From a virus (taxonomy: Duplodnaviria > Heunggongvirae > Uroviricota > Caudoviricetes): DNA of 64,000 nucleotides. Location: positions 1-64,000 of IMG/VR virus record IMGVR_UViG_3300009093_000042; one strand, written 5' to 3'. The notes beneath the pieces are model-generated. The model was not told the DNA's origin. It made no database searches and saw only the letters and a list, made by a program, of their open reading frames with translations. The first letter of the stretch is position 1. Every line of letters begins with the position of its first letter. Positions 60,405 to 64,000 of this stretch are shown in pieces. The translations under genes and the position numbers were made by a program.

Positions 60405-60932
60405 ATGAGCGCCAACACACCACTGCTCACCGATGCCTCTCGACTGGCATCGACGCAGAACGTGCAGAATTACAGCACGGGCGTTGCCGCGCACATCAAT
60501 GGTGACTGGGGACAGCACATTCAGATCGCTATCATCGACGAAAACTGGGTGGATTCTGCCGGGAACATTATCCCGAAAAGCAAACGTCTCCGGTTTCTGG
60601 CCAGCGTGGACGGCCAGGATGTGGCCTTGGTGATTCCGATCATTCCGTTCACTTCTGGTTCCCTTGGAAACGGACCTCAGATCACAAGCCAGCCGGTAAG
60701 CCAGTCGGTCAAAAAGGGAGGGTCGGTTACATTCTCGGTCACGGTCACCGGCGACCCAGTGCTGTCGTATCAGTGGCGACACAACAAGGTTGTCATTCCC
60801 GGTGCGATCTCGGCTCAGTTTGCCATCACCAACGTCCAGCAGATCAGTGGTGGAACATACGACTGTGTGGTGAGCAATCCTTTCGGTGTGGTGACGACGA
60901 ACGAGGTCAACTTGACCGTAACCTTGAAGTGA
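60405..60932 (+). CDS. Ig-like domain protein
   Basis: C-terminal PQITSQPVSQSVKKGGSVTFSVTV...YQWRHN...GTYDCVVSN is an I-set/Ig-like signature. Confidence 0.5.
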   Translation: MSANTPLLTDASRLASTQNVQNYSTGVAAHINGDWGQHIQIAIIDENWVDSAGNIIPKSKRLRFLASVDGQDVALVIPIIPFTSGSLGNGPQITSQPVSQSVKKGGSVTFSVTVTGDPVLSYQWRHNKVVIPGAISAQFAITNVQQISGGTYDCVVSNPFGVVTTNEVNLTVTLK

Positions 60933-60933
60933 T

Positions 60934-62568
60934 ATGGCGTCGAAAACCCTCGTAACCCAGGATGAGCTGAAGCAGACGATTGCCGGGCTGAACGCGCTGG
61001 CGGACAACCTGAACGAGCACGTCAATCAGTCGCTCTCTAAGGGACACGGGTGGAGCATCATAGACACCCCTTACCTGGATTCTGGCGGCATCTACCACAC
61101 GGATTTTGGCCAGTCTGGAGCGACGAGTATTCCTGGGATCGCCAATACCGGCGTGAATAACGACGGTACCTTGGCTTCGCCTGGAAGCATCGACCAGCAC
61201 TGGACCCTCATCCTCAGCCCTGATCCATCTTTCCCAGGTCCGAACGCTTTCGTCTCCAGCCCGAAAAAGGCTAATTGGTCGAGCAACGGTCCCATTTCAC
61301 AGTGGATTTCTCCAGCGGCGGACGCGACCAAAAACCGTAAAGGCGGCAGCTACAAGTACCGTCTTTCCTTCAATCTCTCTGGACTCAACCCGGCGTCGGC
61401 TGTCGTGAAGGGCAGTTGGGTCTCTGATAATAACACGACAGCGGTTTTGCTGAACGGCGTGACCACTGGGCTGACCGGACCAGCGAACTTCGGCAGCCAG
61501 CCCTCAGCCGGTTCGCAGTTTTATTTCAACAGTGGTTTCACCACTGGCGTCAACACGCTTGATTTCATTGTCAATAACGGTTCTGGCAGCCCTACCGGTA
61601 TCCGTGTGGAGATCACCGGCACTGCCTCAGCGGGTGGTGTCTTTGCGGTGCCGACCGTTTACGGAACAGGCTTGAATGACAATCGGACTCTCGCTACGCA
61701 AGGCGTGGCGGACCCGCACTGGACTCTCATTCTGAGCGCGTCCGGTTTGAATCCCGGCCCGACAGCGTACGTTCTTAAGGCTCCTCTTGATGGTTCGTGG
61801 CAGGGTAACACTTCGGCGTCACAGTGGATTGGCGTGCTGCCGAACGGCACCCAGTCTCCAGGTCTTGGTGCCTACGCATTTCGCACCACTTTTGATCTTA
61901 CTGGGTTCACTCCGAATACCGTTATTTTGAAGGGTCAGTTCAATGTGGACGATTCAGTGACGCAGGTCCTTTTGAATGGCATCGCGGTCGCCAGCTTTCC
62001 GAAGGGAAACAAGAAAACTATCAGCAGTTTTCTGATTAGTAGTGGCTTCGTTTCCGGTGTCAACACGCTCGATATTCATACCAAAAACACAGCCACTCAC
62101 ACGGGTCTTCGTGTGGATATGAGTGCGACCGGTTCCAAGAGTGGAAGCGGTCTCACCAGTCGGGTTCTGCGCTTGAACATCGGCGGGAACGTCTTCTATT
62201 TTCCGTGCCAGGCGTCAGGCGGGCTGGATGGAACGCCCGATCCGGCGATCCCAAGCTTCACCGGTATCATCTCACCACAGTCGGCTGATCCGGCGACCGA
62301 TCTCACCGTTGGTAGCCCCACGCCAGGGCAGTTGATAACGACTTTTTCTGACCAGTTGAATGCCATCTCCGGCGCGGCCAGTGACACGCTGGTTCAGCAC
62401 GCAGGTAGCGCGGCGGAGCACGTGCATGGCGGTTTGAGCTTCCAGCAGGACTCGGTTGTCACGTCGGCGGGTTACCTTGTCGGACGGCGCACCGTGAACA
62501 TTCTCATCGACGGTGTTCAGTACAAGATCGTTGGGGACTTCAATCCCAACGGCCCGATCAACTCTTAA
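60934..62568 (+). CDS. repeat-domain surface protein (three ~190-aa modules with D.HWTLILS motif)
   Basis: IDQHWTLILSPDPSFPGPNAFV and ADPHWTLILSASGLNPGPTAYV modules. Each module ends with NTLD(F/I) and a following hydrophobic stretch. Confidence 0.55.
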   Translation: MASKTLVTQDELKQTIAGLNALADNLNEHVNQSLSKGHGWSIIDTPYLDSGGIYHTDFGQSGATSIPGIANTGVNNDGTLASPGSIDQHWTLILSPDPSFPGPNAFVSSPKKANWSSNGPISQWISPAADATKNRKGGSYKYRLSFNLSGLNPASAVVKGSWVSDNNTTAVLLNGVTTGLTGPANFGSQPSAGSQFYFNSGFTTGVNTLDFIVNNGSGSPTGIRVEITGTASAGGVFAVPTVYGTGLNDNRTLATQGVADPHWTLILSASGLNPGPTAYVLKAPLDGSWQGNTSASQWIGVLPNGTQSPGLGAYAFRTTFDLTGFTPNTVILKGQFNVDDSVTQVLLNGIAVASFPKGNKKTISSFLISSGFVSGVNTLDIHTKNTATHTGLRVDMSATGSKSGSGLTSRVLRLNIGGNVFYFPCQASGGLDGTPDPAIPSFTGIISPQSADPATDLTVGSPTPGQLITTFSDQLNAISGAASDTLVQHAGSAAEHVHGGLSFQQDSVVTSAGYLVGRRTVNILIDGVQYKIVGDFNPNGPINS

Positions 62569-64000
62569 AACGATCGTACTCCAATGATCCCGACCGTCAC
62601 GCTGTTGGCGTCCGTGGTCGGTGCGTGAATGGTGATATTCGTTCCGTTTTGAATCGTCGCCAGGAAGTTTGCCACCACCGAGAAGGAGTAACCAGGCACC
62701 TTGGCCGGGCCACTGCTTTCCGTGACGAACGTTCCTGTGGTCGCGAATCCAGGAATAGTGCCGCTGCTGCTGATCAGCGTCGGAACGGTTCCATTGATGA
62801 CCTGTCCGGGCACCTGCACCGGTCCAGTAAACGAGGTTGGAATGCTTCCGTTGATGGTCAAAGCGCCTGCCGATTGGATCGACGTAACCACGTCAGTTCC
62901 GTTCCAGTTGAGCTGCGCGCCCTGGAGCTGCGAGGGCAGCGTCAAGGTGACATCCCCGATCCAGCGCGCCTGGAAGTTCGCCTTCAGGATGGCCATCCCG
63001 TGGCCGCTCGCTACGTCTTGAGAAATGATCTCCTGCAAACTGTAGGTCGTGGTGCCAGGGTAAGCCGGGATTCCGAGTGACGCGTATTGACCGCTGGTCG
63101 CCGCGAGCTGGTAGCTGGCTTCTGCGTAGATGTTGCTGGTGACTGAGTTGGTGCTGAACGCAGGCGACCCGGCGCTAAAGAGCTGGCTCCAGTCCGAGTT
63201 CGGCGGAGAGGTTGTTGGATTCGGCGGGTTCGCCGTTGCGATATAAGTCTGAGTGGCGGTTCCGTTGAACAGAATGTTGACCACGTCGTTTTGCAGATAG
63301 GAACCGAGGCCGTCCGCAGGAGGGTTGGCCCAGGGTCCGCGAAAACGAAAACCGGCACCGCTTTGAGCCACCAGAATCCAGGAGGAGGGGTTGCTCGGCG
63401 GAACCTTGTTGGTGTTCGTTGCCAGCGCACGGTAGGTGCTGCCCTGGTAGAGAACACCGTCGTCAAGAGCGTAGGTCTGCGCGCTGTTCCATGTGCCTTG
63501 CCATGTCACGCCTGCGTCACCCTTTTCAGCGACAAATTCCCAGAAGGCCGGGCTGATGTCGGGCTGATTGGCGGAGTTGGAATTCACCTTCGACTTGTAG
63601 GAAGACCCAAGCCAGAACACCACGTCAGTCGAGCTGTAGGTGCTGCCGATGTTCCAGGTGCTTTGCCACGTAAGGCCAGGGCTGCCGGGACCACCGGGAT
63701 TTCCTTGCGGACCCTGCTGGCCAGCCGGGCCTTGTGGTCCGGGAGGTCCAGGTTCGCCGACGATGGCAGAAGCGATCAAGATGCCAGCGGTCTCGGTCAA
63801 GGGGCGCATCGTGCTTTGGATCGACGCGATCATCTCGAACGTCGTGCCGCCGCGATTCTTCAGCGTGACGATGAATTCACCCTGGGAGAAAAATTCTGTG
63901 CCTGCGTTGAACTCGTCCGACGTGCTGACGATCAACTGGCCGGTGGAGTTGCCGTAGCCAGTGGAGTAATAGATGTCCAGTTCCGCGCTGGCTGACTGCG
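62565..64000 (-). CDS. collagen-like repeat fibre protein, 5' end beyond window
   Basis: GEPGPPGPQGPAGQQGPQGNPGGPGSPG forms nine or more Gly-X-Y triplets. The frame stays open upstream of the TTG at 63935 through to position 64000 (…YSTGYGNSTGQ). Confidence 0.55.
   Translation of the reverse strand, partial: QSASAELDIYYSTGYGNSTGQLIVSTSDEFNAGTEFFSQGEFIVTLKNRGGTTFEMIASIQSTMRPLTETAGILIASAIVGEPGPPGPQGPAGQQGPQGNPGGPGSPGLTWQSTWNIGSTYSSTDVVFWLGSSYKSKVNSNSANQPDISPAFWEFVAEKGDAGVTWQGTWNSAQTYALDDGVLYQGSTYRALATNTNKVPPSNPSSWILVAQSGAGFRFRGPWANPPADGLGSYLQNDVVNILFNGTATQTYIATANPPNPTTSPPNSDWSQLFSAGSPAFSTNSVTSNIYAEASYQLAATSGQYASLGIPAYPGTTTYSLQEIISQDVASGHGMAILKANFQARWIGDVTLTLPSQLQGAQLNWNGTDVVTSIQSAGALTINGSIPTSFTGPVQVPGQVINGTVPTLISSSGTIPGFATTGTFVTESSGPAKVPGYSFSVVANFLATIQNGTNITIHAPTTDANSVTVGIIGVRSF

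Noticed and set aside
1-64000. tRNA genes, integrase or attachment sites, and endolysin.
   Set aside because: No cloverleaf-compatible ~75-nt segments were spotted in the few intergenic gaps. No tyrosine or serine recombinase signature and no lysozyme, amidase or peptidase motif were recognised. Their absence could not be confirmed without tRNAscan or HMM searches.

Overview
This window reads as a segment of a tailed dsDNA bacteriophage or prophage genome. It is about 55-58% GC by eye and very densely coded, with roughly 85 genes and about 90% on the minus strand. Many gene junctions show ATGA, TAATG or TGAtATG stop/start coupling, and both window edges cut through minus-strand genes.

Recognisable content by domain motif:
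- **Packaging:** a terminase large subunit (Walker A/B ATPase plus nuclease half) with a divergent HNH endonuclease beside it.
- **Virion and fibre proteins:** a 1766-aa giant protein, a 992-aa protein with carbohydrate-binding-like W repeats, a fibre with Phage_fiber_2-like repeats, a collagen-like Gly-X-Y fibre, and Ig-like and repeat proteins on a plus-strand island.
- **DNA metabolism:** an SF2 DExH helicase, a winged-helix protein followed by six 21-bp iterons (putative origin), a HerA/FtsK-like P-loop ATPase, and a UDG-like glycosylase.
- **Unusual accessory genes:** an acyl carrier protein, an SPFH/band-7 protein with a small membrane partner, a GT9 heptosyltransferase-like enzyme, a GHKL ATPase fused to an HExxH zincin motif, and an 862-aa protein combining 2H-phosphoesterase, HExxH and nucleotidyltransferase signatures.

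The most striking non-coding signal is a palindromic AT-rich element, AAAATTGTTTACAATTTT / TGTAAACA. It recurs at about 16 gene starts, often 16 nt downstream of a TTGACA-like hexamer and only 3-9 nt from the ATG, and a single copy sits in each of two divergent intergenic regions. This fits a sigma70-type promoter/operator with leaderless or near-leaderless mRNAs. It is concentrated in the small-gene regions at 0-26 kb and 56-60 kb and absent from the large structural block.

No tRNA, CRISPR array, integrase or obvious endolysin was seen. All functional calls come from motifs read by eye; no database search was possible, and coordinates of non-coding motifs may be off by a base or two.
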